The position numbers and the translations under genes are program-made. Of a stretch of 64,000 bases of DNA, positions 1 to 13,600 are shown piece by piece (position 1 is the stretch's first letter; each line of letters begins with the position of its first letter). The stretch lies in contig OZ316775.1 of assembly GCA_973851085.1 (NCBI GenBank), forward strand, positions 744,001-808,000, given 5' to 3'. The DNA comes from Ptychomitrium polyphyllum (taxonomy: Eukaryota). The notes below the pieces were generated by a model that saw nothing but the letters and a program-made list of their open reading frames with translations, made no database searches and was not told the DNA's origin.

Positions 1-3000
1 TAAGAATATATTAATGATTCATTCTTTAAAAAAAAGAAAAAATTATTACATATAAATGTGATATTTTCATAAATATGATCTTATATGTATAATAATCTAC
101 ATAATCCTATATTCATGGAGGATGGTACCTCAATATATTATAATTCAATATTGAAAGACAAAACGAATAAAGGAATAAATGGCATGGAATGATAAAGCTT
201 ATGTGGCTTGCAAACTTGCCACATTTGAATATTAAAAGACATTTTTTGTGAGGAAATAGTGCTAAAGAAAAAAAAAAAACCAACTGAAATCTTTCAATAA
301 GCATGAAAAGATATATTTATGAAGACTCTATATGTTTTCATTGCTAGCATGCCTTACTATACAATTGATGTTCTTACATTGAGTTAATAATGTGGACTAT
401 TTTACAGATTACATAACATTTTAGCAATAGAGAGTCTTATTATTTGTAATCCACTATTATAATTATCACATATAATTTTTTATTAGATGAAAGAAAAAAT
501 AAAGAAGGCTTAAGCCCCTTTGTACTAAGATGACTAGTTGTGTTTATCAAAAAATGTTAAAAAATCATGTTAGTCATAGTATCTAGAGTAAGTTGACTTT
601 TCTTCATAAGTTATGACAACAAATTATATTTTGATGTCAATTGGCATACCATACGCATTATTTTTGATGCATTTTATAGCGCAAAATTTGCATCACAATA
701 TAAAAGCAACACATAAGGCCTTTATAGGCATGATATTCTTCAATGAATCTTTTAAACAATACCTCTCAAAGAATCATTCCATTACCAAAAGATACACTCC
801 ATTGTCAAAGTCTTCTTCTATTAGAAATTGAAGGAGTGTAAGTTTTAAACAATCAAACCATATTCATGCCTTCATGAATTCATTACCGCATACCTCACTA
901 CATTTGTAGTTGATTCTTCACTTTCTAAGGTGAGAATGAGTTGCTTCAACTACTAAAAATATTATGAAAACTTTGCATCAATATGAATATGATATTTGTC
1001 ACTTGGAAAGTAAACCAAGATAATTTCTTCTTTTTTTCTAAATGCAAAGTACCTTTTCCATTGTTTGATTTCAAAACACTAATTATTATGAAGATAATAG
1101 TGAATATGCTTAGGTGTATCTCTAGTCATAATATGGCTTGATGGCACCCTGACATCTAGTAAGCTTGATGGTATAAAACAGTAAATATCACCAAATATTT
1201 GCAAACTGACATTCAATTCCATATGTTTTCCATACTTCTGTAATAACTGTACTATATCATTGACCTTACCTTAAATTGTGAATTTTATATTGACAGAACC
1301 TTCATTAGACTGCTGATTAGAAGCAGAATATTTTATGTACATCTTTGTATTCTTCAATTACTCTGACAACAGTAATCGTGGTTCGTAACCCGCTAAAGCA
1401 GTGTTCTTAAGCATATACTTAAAATCCCAGTCTACAAATCATTATGCAGTCCAGAGGAGGTTAAGATTCTAGGTTGCAAAAATCCTTGTAGTGGAAGATC
1501 ATGCTTGGCTAGTCAAGTTTAGAGCTGCAGTATAAGTAAACAACCGAAGACACAGGTTAAATGGCTGAATGTGAGACGGATATAGAGCCCACGGTCCGAG
1601 TGTTTTCCTTTTCACCTATTAGCCATTTGCTACACTCAAAAATATTGGTGGCTAATTTTAACGAAGGGCTTCTGAAAGAAAAGATGTCCAAATCCTCATG
1701 AAAAATTGAAGTTTGTACCTAAATTCTACCTAGGTATCATCCAAGGATCATTGTGGTGTTACAAGTATCACCTAGATATTGAGTAACATGAAAACTGTGG
1801 CTACTTATCAGAAACGAAAAAAAGATCACAGCACTGTTCCACCAGAGGTGAAAAAGCACCAAATTGGTCTCCAGTTGCAATTGAAGTCAAGCACTTCAAA
1901 GTGAAGTGAAGCCAAATGGAATTCTATGTTCCCAAAGGCAAATGTGCAGGGTGTGTTTAGAATGAGTGGAATGGTTGTTATGTTTCATTGTCTCCTTACA
2001 TTGCTGCCCACCAATATGGGCCATTGCAAGGTGTAACTTTTATAGTTTTACAACGGAGGCTGGATTCTCTAACAAAGATTGCAGGGGTGCAAATCGCTGT
2101 ATGTGCATTCAGCCATTCTTAACTCAGTCTCCAATTCAACTATTCTGTGTAAGAACCACCAATTTCTTTGTTACTTTTGTTAATTTCGAAATGGATGATG
2201 AATTATGGCTGGCAGAGAGGTTGTACATAGGTGCACTGGTTTGGTTTTGAAAAGTGAGGAAATCAAACCTTTTGTGGATCATATGCGCTACTGTTGGCTT
2301 GCAATGATTCATGTCAAGTTTTCTCCTCTGAGGCCTGGCAACATTCAAAAACTACATTTCAATTCTGGGCATCCCCTTGATTGCCTCATGATACATCATT
2401 CCCTTGACTTCATGTACTTTGAGAATTCAGTGAATGTAACTTGAATTATATTATGCAAGAACACTACGCTAAATTCACTTGGTACCTTGGATCATCCACA
2501 CTTCAGAGGAGCCATGACACGCCAACTCATGACACAAAGAATTAGTGTATTTCAAAAACATACAACTTTTCAACACATTGGTTGGTTTGATTTCCAAATT
2601 AATGTTTCTATCAAAACTCATGCATACCCAAGGTTGTATTATGGTTGTTATACAATCTAGCCTTTGTGGATGTTACTTGTATAAATATTATGTCACAATG
2701 TTTGTTAGAAATTTTATGCCCCTATGTTGGGATCAAAGGAGAAATGTTATAAGTTAATTATTGAATCAATGAAGATTCAATTTATTACAATCTTTGTTAT
2801 TTGATTCTCTTAAAATGTTAATAATTTCCAAATAGTACATAAATTTGTACCTTAAATGGAATAAGGTTATAGAAGAAGTTAATTTATGTACTCACATTTA
2901 ATTAAAGTAAATTTATCCTATTCATTAATACTATAATATTATAAAAGCTCAAAGTTTGGTGGTTGTAAGAAATGATAATTAGAAAAGTTGAACTCGTTGT

Positions 3001-6000
3001 TTTGAACTAAGATTCTTTTTAAGTATGAAAATCTCAAATTAAAAAAAAAATTATAGATTTTAAAATCTTTTATTCTTATTGGGTTAAAAATACATATTAT
3101 ATCAACATTTTTGTATTCAAAATCTTTATTGCATAGTAGATTTTGATTGTATTTCAATTATACAATTATTTACTTAGATTTAAAGTAGTTATTTGTTAAA
3201 TGTGCAATATATTCCTTGTCACTATTGAATGAAATAAAACATTACTTTAAAATTACAAACTTATAACATACCCATAAATGATTTTTACATTAGAATTGTT
3301 GGATCTACATAAAATTGAAGGTCCACCACATTTATCTTTTTTAAGATTTAGCTGCAACATTCAAGTTTAACGAATAGATTTAAAAGTCATGTAAAGTATC
3401 TTAAATAATTATATAAATTAATATCTAAAAAATGAGGTAATTTATATAATTAAATTAAATATACTTCTTTTTTAAAAAATTAAAAAAAATTTGATTAATA
3501 TTTAGTCATATATATCAAAAAAATCCTTACTCCACATGCCAATATGAAATGAAAGTAGTTTACAATAAATTTTTAGCATCTACAAATAGAAGCTTTTAAT
3601 AATATGTGCTATGAAACATGAAATTTTTATTCAATTTATACATCAAATTAAAAGGAGAAATGTATTAAAAACCACTTGCATTTAAATAAATAAATAGCAA
3701 TATCACTGTAATATAGGTATGCAATTAAAAATATTTAAGTATTAAATAACAAATTATTTATCAATACAAACATGGCAGCAACATTTATGAGTTTTAAAAT
3801 TTACAATATTCAATTTATATCTTCATTGCAATGCATCATAATATATTAAGCATACAATTGAGTAAAATTAAAAATGGAAATATTAAACTGAATTTCTTCA
3901 AAAAAAATAAATTAAGAGATTTATCTAATGCACATATTGGAAAAAAAAATATAAATGGTGTTGTTGTAAATTTATATTTATATTGTGGTATATAAAGCTA
4001 TGTGTTCAAAAGTAATGATTTTCTAATATAAGTTTTCATTTTAGTTGTTTGAATCTTGAAAATTTATGAACTCCACTAAAAATGAATGGCATCTTATTAC
4101 TTTTAATTAAAATAGATAATTAAAAATAAAAATTCAAATTGCTTATGAGATACATTATACATGAAATTTTTTTCTTCTTATTTTATAAGGCAAGACATAA
4201 CATCCTTTCCCAAATTTACCACTTTAATTGTTATTTTACCTGGAGGTTACCATTCACACAAGTAGAGATTAAAGCTCCACTTCCATCAGACCCTCTGGGA
4301 AAAACAATAATAAAAAAATAAAAAACAAAAATTTAACCATTGATGAAACAATCCGCACTTCAACCAATGTAATATAAAATTTTGTTTAGAAATCAGTATA
4401 GATGATTAATATCTACCGATACCAACTTAAAAATTTAAATAATGCCATAGAATACATTGTTCATGCAAAGATGATCTCTTTCTTTGTTATGAAGGTACTT
4501 ATGATTTACAATTATACCATATAATATAAATTGGATGTCTGGAAGTATTTCTAATTTTAATTTATGAAAGTAATATCAAAAGTCTTTATTTCTCTTTACA
4601 ACTTAGAATTATTTACAAAAATTTAATTTTTTTCATATGATTAAAATTTTCATCCTAAAACTGATTTTTCTTTTTGAATACAAATACAATTCATAAGTAC
4701 AATTCATAACAAAATGAATAACACATTGATGCTATAAATAATACCCATTTCTAAAGAGGAAGTCAATGATATCAATATTCATAAAAATTTCTTTGTAACT
4801 TGAAATGAGTTAAGTATTATAAATCAAAGAATTTTATTAGAATTTTTTTTTGTTTAACTAAATTCTCCAATTCTTTTAAATCTAAATTTTTTGTTGTACA
4901 TATGTGTTGCTTATTATTAATTTGAAATTCAAAATATCTTCTATATCATAATAATATTATATCAATGTACAATTGAACCTTTAAATTTTAGACAATTTTC
5001 TAGATATATTTTAAAATTCAATTTTTACATTCTATCGCAAATTTATTTGATTTAAAATAAAATAAATTATTATATACAAATGAATTTAAGAATCATTGTT
5101 TACAACAAACTTTCTAAGATGGATAGACCAATAATTTTTAAATGCTACATTGTTGTAATAATATTTAAAAATCATAATAAAAAAAAGAAATTCTAAAAGT
5201 TTAGAACAATTTGGAAAGTGCACCTGTTACCACATTGTCTTGGAAGATCACCTAATTGCAAAACAGGATGTTTGCCTACCATTGAAATTTGCATGCTCTC
5301 GCTACCACCTTTAGCTTTATGCAGAGTAATTTGGAATCCACCATTATATGTTTTGATTATGCTATTACCCATAATTTGGATACAATTGGAACTACTTGCT
5401 TCATTTCTATTGCACATGAGTTTGAATTTGTTTGATGGAGATGGAAGTCGAAGAGAGATATTGCCTCTACATTTTCCTCCACCATTTTCCAAAAAAACGC
5501 AAGTTTGATTAGATGGCTGAGACTTTATATATATTGGTTTATTGTTTGTTTTTCTCGTATTTGTGCAAGATCTTGGAGTTGGAGTTGATTTAGAACTTTC
5601 ACATGGGCTTGAATGCTTAGAAGGAATGTGGAACTTACATTGGTCACAAAGATTGGGTAAAACCATCTCATAAAATAATCAATTGCTTGAATATATACTT
5701 GCATTGATTATTTTTTCAAATCTTGACTTTAAAGTTTTACATTCTTTGATTAATTAAATTTGATGTAACAATATGATAAGTGACATTTTTGTGTAAAAGT
5801 CTAAATGTTCTCAATTACAATATGCATGATTAGTAATTACTCATGCATACATTCAACCATCTAATTAATATAACATGTTGTAAATCATTTTCAATGATTA
5901 ATATTGAAAGAGGAATTTCCGAGTTTTATGCCCAAAATTTGCCATAATCATAATTGATTCTATACAAACGAAAGAAAATGAGATAAGTGTTATGACTATA

Positions 6001-6782
6001 TACATTTAATCTTTAGGTTTATTGATTCAAGCGTTTTTTAAATTTTTTGAGTCTTTTCAATATATGAAGGGATTTAAAAAAGGCTTTGATGACAAACATT
6101 CAAATTTTAAGCCATAAGCTTTCATTACCAAACATTTCATCATTTTATTTTACATGCACTATGTATATTTCATGTTCTTTTGGAATTATTTAGACCTTGT
6201 TTATTTAGAATTTTGGTAGTTTATATTGCATTTAGATGAATTTCAAAATTTCAAATGAAAATATTCACTTATTTGTATTTATTCCATGAGTAATTATACT
6301 TGAAAATATTGCCAAAGTATCTACTTACTTATATAATAGATAAGACTCAGCTTTAACAATCACCATTTAACCTTGCTGTATAAATAAAGATTGCTATATT
6401 TAACAAATCAAATAGAATAATCATTATTGAATTTATAACAAACTAAACCAAATCAAAAAACAAAGACAAACCTTGAAACATGCCCTAGTTAATTATAGAG
6501 CACCGCCAAATAGCTAGGATTATAATTTCTTATAACAAAATAAGAAAACTAAACAAAACATAAATATGAGATTTATAGGCCAAGTCTAATGTAAGTTCCA
6601 TTTTCAATAGCCTTCAATACTTATTGTTGCTAAATTCCATTGTTAATCTTTGCACAAAGTTCAAACCTCAAATATGAAATCAATGGCCACAAAAAAATTG
6701 CAAAGTAGCTACCAAAAAATGGCAAACTTGCACAAAATCCTCATTTCTTGTTAAAAAGATGCAAAATGGCTAGAAATTGAAT

Positions 6783-7056
6783 AATAAGGGCATGTCTAAT
6801 CTTCAAAAAGGCAAAATAGAAAGAAATTGTTCTTAATATGCCTTATGCCAGTTATGTTGGCAATGATCAAACAAAAATATTGTAGTTGCTCTTTTTTTTC
6901 TACCACATATTAAAGAAAAAAGCTCGTTGGCATAGTTACTTGCTCATGATGAACTAACACAATTACTTGTTTAGGATGCACAGTACCATCACCAAAAAGA
7001 TGGCATGGTATATGATTCTTGGAATGCTTCCAATACTTCCATTCTTCCTTGCTTTT
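6783..7056 (-). mobile_element. Remnant of older Ty3/gypsy integrase C-terminus with PHD finger (continues at about 20299 across the chromovirus insertion)
   Basis: Minus-strand translation gives KHSKNHIPCHL followed by a degenerate PHD: ICGRKKRATTIFLFDHCQHNWHKAY*EQFLSILP..D*TCPY (compare CxxC...MLLCDxCxxGWHxxCL.P.L..LP.G.W.CP.C). Joining 20299 to 7060 with one AAGT removed restores ...NGVL... Confidence 0.5.
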
Positions 7057-7060
7057 AAGT

Positions 7061-7474
7061 TGTCACAAACATAAATCATGCAATATAGTCTTTAAAATCT
7101 TCTAGAACCTTTTAGTACATTGTAATAACTTCTTAGAATACTTTCAAAGCTTCTATAGCCATTTCAATCTTTGGAAAACCTCTTAGAAAGGTTCCACCTC
7201 CTTGAGGAACGTCTTAAGAAGGTTCAATCTTTTTAGAGACCTTTTTAAAGTTCATAGGAAATTTCTTTAGAATTATTCTAAGAAATACAAGCGTCATAGT
7301 ATAAATAGAAGGCAAGACAAAATATACCTTGATTTTGCCAACACAAGTTGTAGAACATATTGTATTGTATTTTTGTTCTAGTCTTTGTATCATTTCTTGT
7401 TAATCATTAGTTTGTTGGAAGCTAATTCTTACAAATCACTTTGTATCTATTTTTTGTTAATTGTATCCTTAATA
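7061..7474 (+). repeat. 5' LTR (LTR1) of the chromovirus
   Basis: Starts TGTCACAAACATAAATCATGCAA and ends CCTTAATA. TATAAATA at 7300. Homologous to 15284-16101 and 18531-20294. Confidence 0.75.
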
Positions 7475-7851
7475 GTTTGGCAAGATTATTCCTCACCTTT
7501 GTCAAAAGTAAGGTCCTTTTGAAAAAGAAAGTGGGTTTTCTTTCTTCTTTAGGATTCTAAAGAATCTTGGAAGTTATAGATTACGATCTTCTAAGTTAAT
7601 ACCATAAGATGATTTTTTCTTTTAAAAGCAAGTGCTACTTCTTTTGAAGAAGGATTAATCTTTCAAAAAGATGCAGATTATCCTCTTTTGAAAACATTAA
7701 TAGTCTTTTTGTCTCTAACAATTTAAGTATGTATTTTTTCTTTTTGAAGATATAAAAGAACTTTAAAGATTATAAATTATCCTCTTTTAAAGTAATTCTT
7801 TTTTTTCTTCTTCTTTTTCCTTCTTAATTTATAAAGTTTATTGGTCGGAGT

Positions 7852-8870
7852 ATGGATAATGTGCCGAGAATATCAAAGAATAGGTTTGCAATTATTGCAA
7901 ACCTTTAAGAATTATTAAATATATTTTGAGCAAAGCTTGTTCGCTTAAACACCATCAATAATTTAGAGCACCATATTTCTTAGGTTAAAGAATCCACTAG
8001 TAATATTCAAAGTCTATAACAAGAAATAATTCATTTGCAAAGGGCCAATATTAAAAGAGAAATTTTTACGTCAAAATTATGCAAAGCCAAAGATTAGTAT
8101 GCCAGACAATTTGATGGATCCAGATAAAACTTAAGAAACTTTGTTCAACAAGTAAGGCCCTTTTTTAATTTGTATCAATCTTGTTATTTTGACAACACTA
8201 CTCAATTAAGATGTTATTTTGACAACACTACTCAATTAAGATGTTATTTTGACAACACTACTCAACTAAGATTTGTATCCACTTTTCTATCAAAGAATAC
8301 CCTATAAAGGTTTGCACCATCAATGGAAAAAAGTTATTTTTGTTGAACAATTTAAAAACTTTCATAAAAGTATTGACATCTATATTTGGAAGTACCAACC
8401 AAAAAATGGTGGTTAAAATAAGAATCTAGAGTCAACAACAAAGACAACATTTAGCTGTTACGTATGTTGTAGAGTTTTAACAATTAGCTTACAACCTTGA
8501 TTGGATTGATAAGGCCTTGGTTTCATAATACCGATGGGGCTTGAAAAAAAATGTGAACGATTTGCTATTTATAATGCCAAAAGTTGCTACGTTGGATGAA
8601 TTTATCCCTCAAATAATTGCATGTGACAATAGTTTATTTAAAAAGTGCTAAGAATAACACTTGGGATGGAAACCGGGTTATGAAAGTATGGCAATCATTT
8701 TTTCAAAATTATTGAAAAGCCAACCATAAGAAGTAGAATTGATGCAAATTGATGCTGCCCAATTTAAACGTTTAATTCCAAAATAAAAGGAAAGGCATCA
8801 AAGAAGAAACTTATATTTATATTATGACAAGTTTGGACATAAAGTGTGTTATTGCCAAATCAATATATGT
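7852..8870 (+). pseudogene. Degenerate retrotransposon gag
   Basis: Frameshifted motifs PKISMPD.FDGSR..LRNFVQQV, MQIDAAQFKRL and a decayed zinc knuckle (LYLYYDKFGHKVCYC). Confidence 0.7.
8182..8271 (+). repeat. 30-bp tandem repeat x3 inside gag
   Basis: TGTTATTTTGACAACACTACTCAA(T/C)TAAGA three times with no spacers; reads CYFDNTTQLR x3. Confidence 0.95.
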
Positions 8871-8950
8871 TTTCAAGGCTCAAAGTATAATAGAGGAATT
8901 TTAAAATGAAGCTATCTAGTTACAATACAAACTATGCAACTGGACATCGC

Positions 8951-10560
8951 TGTCGTGATGTATTTAGCTGTACAATTTTAACTAATATTTTTTATTTTGT
9001 GGAATTTAAATTATTGTATTTTAAAAAGAGTATTAAGAAATAATTGAATTAAAAGAGGTCGAGGTAAAACCACAATTTTATTTGTCTTGGAGGTGGAACC
9101 GCATTTTGTTTTAGTTTAGGGTGAATAGGCCAATTGACTATAGTATTTTTCTGCTTGCCATTCTCGCTAGCAATACTAAGTCAAATGCTGTTGTTCTACT
9201 CAACAAATCCAACAAAAATAATACTCAGACCAGGTCAGCAGCTAGAACTTATCCAATCAACCAAGTTTATGACTAAGTATCTCAATCTACTTCAACAATG
9301 ATATTATTCTTGACTTGTTTCTTATTAAACTTCAATCTTTTCTTTTACTTTCTTTCTTTTATTATAGTATTTTAGTTCCTATTTAAGATTTGTGAGGGTT
9401 GATTTTTGTCTTTTTTTGTAGTTTGTGCCTAGAAGTTTAAACTAGAAGAAAGAAAACAAGACAAAACAAAACAAAAAGGATTTGGTTTATTTTTTATCTA
9501 AAGATATGGTTAGATAAAGGCTTGATAAAGAGTTATAGGGACTAATGTGGAGAGATAAAAGTTGATGTGGAGTGATAAGGGGTGGATGTGGCAGTTTGAC
9601 CACCGCCCTCTTCTTCTCTTTTGGCCTCTCCTATTTGAATAAGAAGGCAACCTTTCTTTTTGTGATAATTCATTGTACACTTCTTAATTTGAGTTGATTT
9701 TTGTTGGATTTCTTACTTTTTTTCTCTTGTGAGCTTTTCAAAAAGCCATTATATGCTCTTTTTGGAATTAGTATGTAGCAATGGTATTACTTTGAATAAA
9801 ATTTAATCAGTTGCCTTGAGTTTATGAGAGCAGCAAATTTGAATGCTTGTAACCTTTCTTAGAAATTGTTATTTATTATGGAATTTATAAAATAGAATTT
9901 TAATTATTTTAAAATGACGGCATAGAAATTTCAAAAGTAATGGATTTTTATAGTAGGAGATATAAGGAAAAATGCAACCAGAGTTTGAAGGCAGTACATT
10001 GTAGAATTCGGATCTACATATTTTAAACAATTGGAAATGATTGGAAGGGTTTTTATGGTTGAAATTTTGGTGAAATGTTTATTATAAAATAAATATTATG
10101 TATATAGAGTTTGAAATCTAAGTTTATTGTAAAAAAGAAGTTATAGAACTATGAAGTAAGGGAGGAGTCTAAGAGAAATGGCAGAAATATTGAAACTTTT
10201 GAAGACATGGTTCTTAATAATCACTTGGATTATAAATAAGAGATTTTGAAAGTTGCACTTAAAGAATCTTGTGCTTATGTTATTAAAATCTTAAGAGCAT
10301 AGGACCTTTCAGCTAGAAGATATAGGAAAATATGTAATTTGGATTTAAAAGAAAGAAGAAGAAGAAGAATTGATAAAGACTTAGATTATTTTTAAGATGG
10401 AAAAATTGAAGAAGTGGGAAATAGAAATCAAAGATGAAGAAATAGCTAATAAGTAATTGGAAGTTGTAGTTTCTATTATAAGAAGAAAAAAAACTTGTAC
10501 TTGATTAACTAGATTCAAAAAGATCCAACGTTTCTTATAGCAATTATTTTTACCACAACA
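8951..10560. mobile_element. Solo-LTR-like insertion (about 1.6 kb) between gag and protease
   Basis: TGTCGTGAT...ACCACAACA termini (imperfect inverted repeat, TG...CA); flanks TCGC/CCGC; no coding homology to the host element seen. Confidence 0.55.
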
Positions 10561-10609
10561 CCGCAATGACACAAGCATTAAATGAAGGTCTCTTACTACC
10601 TTCAACTTC

Positions 10610-13600
10610 TACTTCTTGCTTTGTATTTCCTATCAAAATTAAATTACTAAATGATGAAATAGTTAGTGAAGCTTTTTTGGATACTAGTGCAACAAAATGC
10701 TTTATAGAAAAGCATTTTGCAACCAAATATCACATGGTATTTGTGAATAAAAAACATTCTGCACTTGTTGAAGTTATTAATGGAATTTTTGTTGCATCTA
10801 ATAATATTATTGAAGAAACTCAACCTTTGAAGGTTATTTTAGAAGATCAAGTATTTAAGATTGTTTTCAATATCATTCTATGCCAAATAAATCCTATTGT
10901 TTGGATCTTTCTTGGTTTAAATTACATAATTTAAACATTGATTAGCTCTCATAGAATGTGGATTCATAGAAAAGACATCAAAGTACAAGAAATCTTGGAC
11001 CATTATTTATTAAAACTAAGGCATTCATGAAAAGCGACAAAAGATAAACCAATCTATACCATTTATGCCATACCAATGTCTGACTCTATACCAAAGACTA
11101 ATAAGGGTATTCTTCATTAAATACCAAGATTATAAAGATTTTTTTGAGAAGAAGAATGCAGACTTATTATAAAAACATTGGCCTTACAATTGTGCCATTA
11201 AGTTGCAAGAAGAAGCCCAACCACCTTTTGAACCTATCTATAACTTATCACAAATCAAATTGACTGCCTTAAGATGCTATATTGATGAAAACCTTGGAAA
11301 AGGCTTCATTCAACACTTTAAATCATTTGTTCAAGCATTTGTGTTATTTGTTAAAAAGAAGAATGGATCATTACATATATGCGTGGACTATAGAGGCTTC
11401 AGTAAGATGAGTAAGAAGAAGTGCTATTCAATACCATTAATCTCAAGAATCCTATAGAATTAAGAGGCAGAAAGAACATTTCAAGGTTTTAAAAAGTCAT
11501 TTACGTCAGCTCCAATCCTTATTCATCCAAATCCATCAAAGCTTTTTTATTTGAAATCGGATGCCTTAAATTTTCCGCTTGGCTAAGTATTCTCACAATA
11601 TAATGAAGACGAAAGAATCCATTGTATTGCCTTCCCTTCAAGGAAGTTCTCAGCAGTAGAGATTAATCATGATATACATGACCAAGAATTACTTGCAATT
11701 GTGGATGCGTTTGAAGAATGGCGGCACTTGTTGAGAGGAGCTTTACATACCATCACAATATACACAAACCACAAGAACTTAGAGTACTTCATGAGTGAGT
11801 GCATCCTAAATTGCCGTCAAGCAAAGTGGAGTATGTTACTTTCCAGATTTGATGTTGTTATTACCTATTAACTTAGTAGCCTATAAGATAAGTCAAATGC
11901 CTTATTTCAAAGATCTTATTTATCTTCTAAACTTAGAGATGATATTTTGGATAAACAAAGGACTATTTTATTGAAACCACAAAATCTTCAATTGTAAGCA
12001 GCAATTATTACCACAATATTCTATCTCGACAAATTTTGGAGGGTATTGAAGAATCATATCTTTGTTTCAAATATGAAGAGGCGTCTCAAAAGCAATGCAA
12101 ACTTTTGTAATAATGATGAAGACTTTGAATTCCAAGAGGGCCTACTTTATTATAAAGGACTTTTGTATCTACCTTCAGATCCTTTACAATTGAAGATTTT
12201 TCAAGCATATCATGATTTTCCAACAGTAGAGCATTTTGGATTCAAAAAAACAATGGAGTTGATTGCTAAAGACTATTGTTGGCTGCAAATGTGGAAATAC
12301 GTGAAGCACTTTGTTTGATTATGCAACACTTGCGTAAGGGCCAAGGTACCAAAACACCAACTTTATGATTTCCTCCATCCGCTTCTAGTGCCCAAAGGCC
12401 CATGGTTATCATTGTCAATGGATTTAATCACGGACCTCCCAAATTTCAATTCTAAAAATTCTATCCTAATAGTGGTGGATCAATTTATCAAAATGGCGCA
12501 TTTCATTCCACGCAATAAGACGATAATAGGAAAAGAAATGGCTAAGTTCTTCTTAAATCACTTCTACCTCATACATTGTTGCGCACCTCTCTTTCAAGAG
12601 TGCACAAAACACTAAGGGCACAAGGGGAACCCCGGAGTGACGTCCTGGACTAGTGGAGTCGATAATGAAGGGAATCAAGTGGGCCTAGCATAGGAAGGAC
12701 CCCTAGGGGGAGAAACATCCTTGCCCATGTAGACCGAAGGCCACGAGGGATAAATCATATGCATTGGAAGAATTACAAAGAGCTGATTCCAGAATGCTAA
12801 AGATTGCCCAAATCGGACAAGGGAGCTAAAAGTTATGGCACCCCAAAGTTGGGGTTGCCAAGGGGCTGTTTTGGACTGTGGCAGCCCTACACAATGACTG
12901 TACTGGACTGGGACAGTCCAAGGAGGGACTCCCTGGGAGTTGCAAACCTTGGAAGAGGCATATCTCCCAGTATACTAACTCAAATTGGACGTTTGAGGAG
13001 TCTATCGGCATCTACGCAAAGATAGATGACGATAGAGTGGTCGCTTGATAGATTCGGGCACTGAACGTGGAAGATATGGCTCCCTAAAGGTCCGCTGGGA
13101 GTTCTCGAGGCTTCCAGCGACTAAGTCCCAAGGGAGATTGGGTGGTCTTCCAAAACTTTGGGTGTGTCGGGGTTCATTTAGCTACAGAGGGCAAGGGGGC
13201 CTGCCGAATCCCACAGAGAGTACTATAGGGGAGGGCTGGTCTCCCTTCCCACTCCCGTAGTGTCCCGGTAGGAACGAAGGGTGAGTCTCGGTTGGTGGAG
13301 CTAGTGTTGGGGCTTCACCACGGGAACTCCCACACCATTGTGAGCTGATGGACGGCTGGTTTCACAAAGGGAACTAGTGAGATCAAGAGGGCACGCTTGT
13401 TATCACTAAGTTGGGGTGGTGTCTTCACGTTGGTACCATAATGGCCCGGGGTGATCTTAGGATCACATGGGAATCATGAGTGGTGGTGAGGAGACACCAC
13501 TAAGTGCGGTTAGGCCATGTGAAATGGGAGTAACACCAAGTGAGGCCTTGGACATGAATGGAAGTCCGCACCTAACCATTGGCTACCAATCAATTGGGTG

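Noticed and set aside
1380..2757. Short ORFs in a slightly GC-richer patch
   Set aside because: No recognisable domain or consistent exon chain in any frame I translated.
8182..8271. 30-bp repeats as a CRISPR array
   Set aside because: Head-to-tail with no spacers, inside gag, in a eukaryotic context, with no cas genes.
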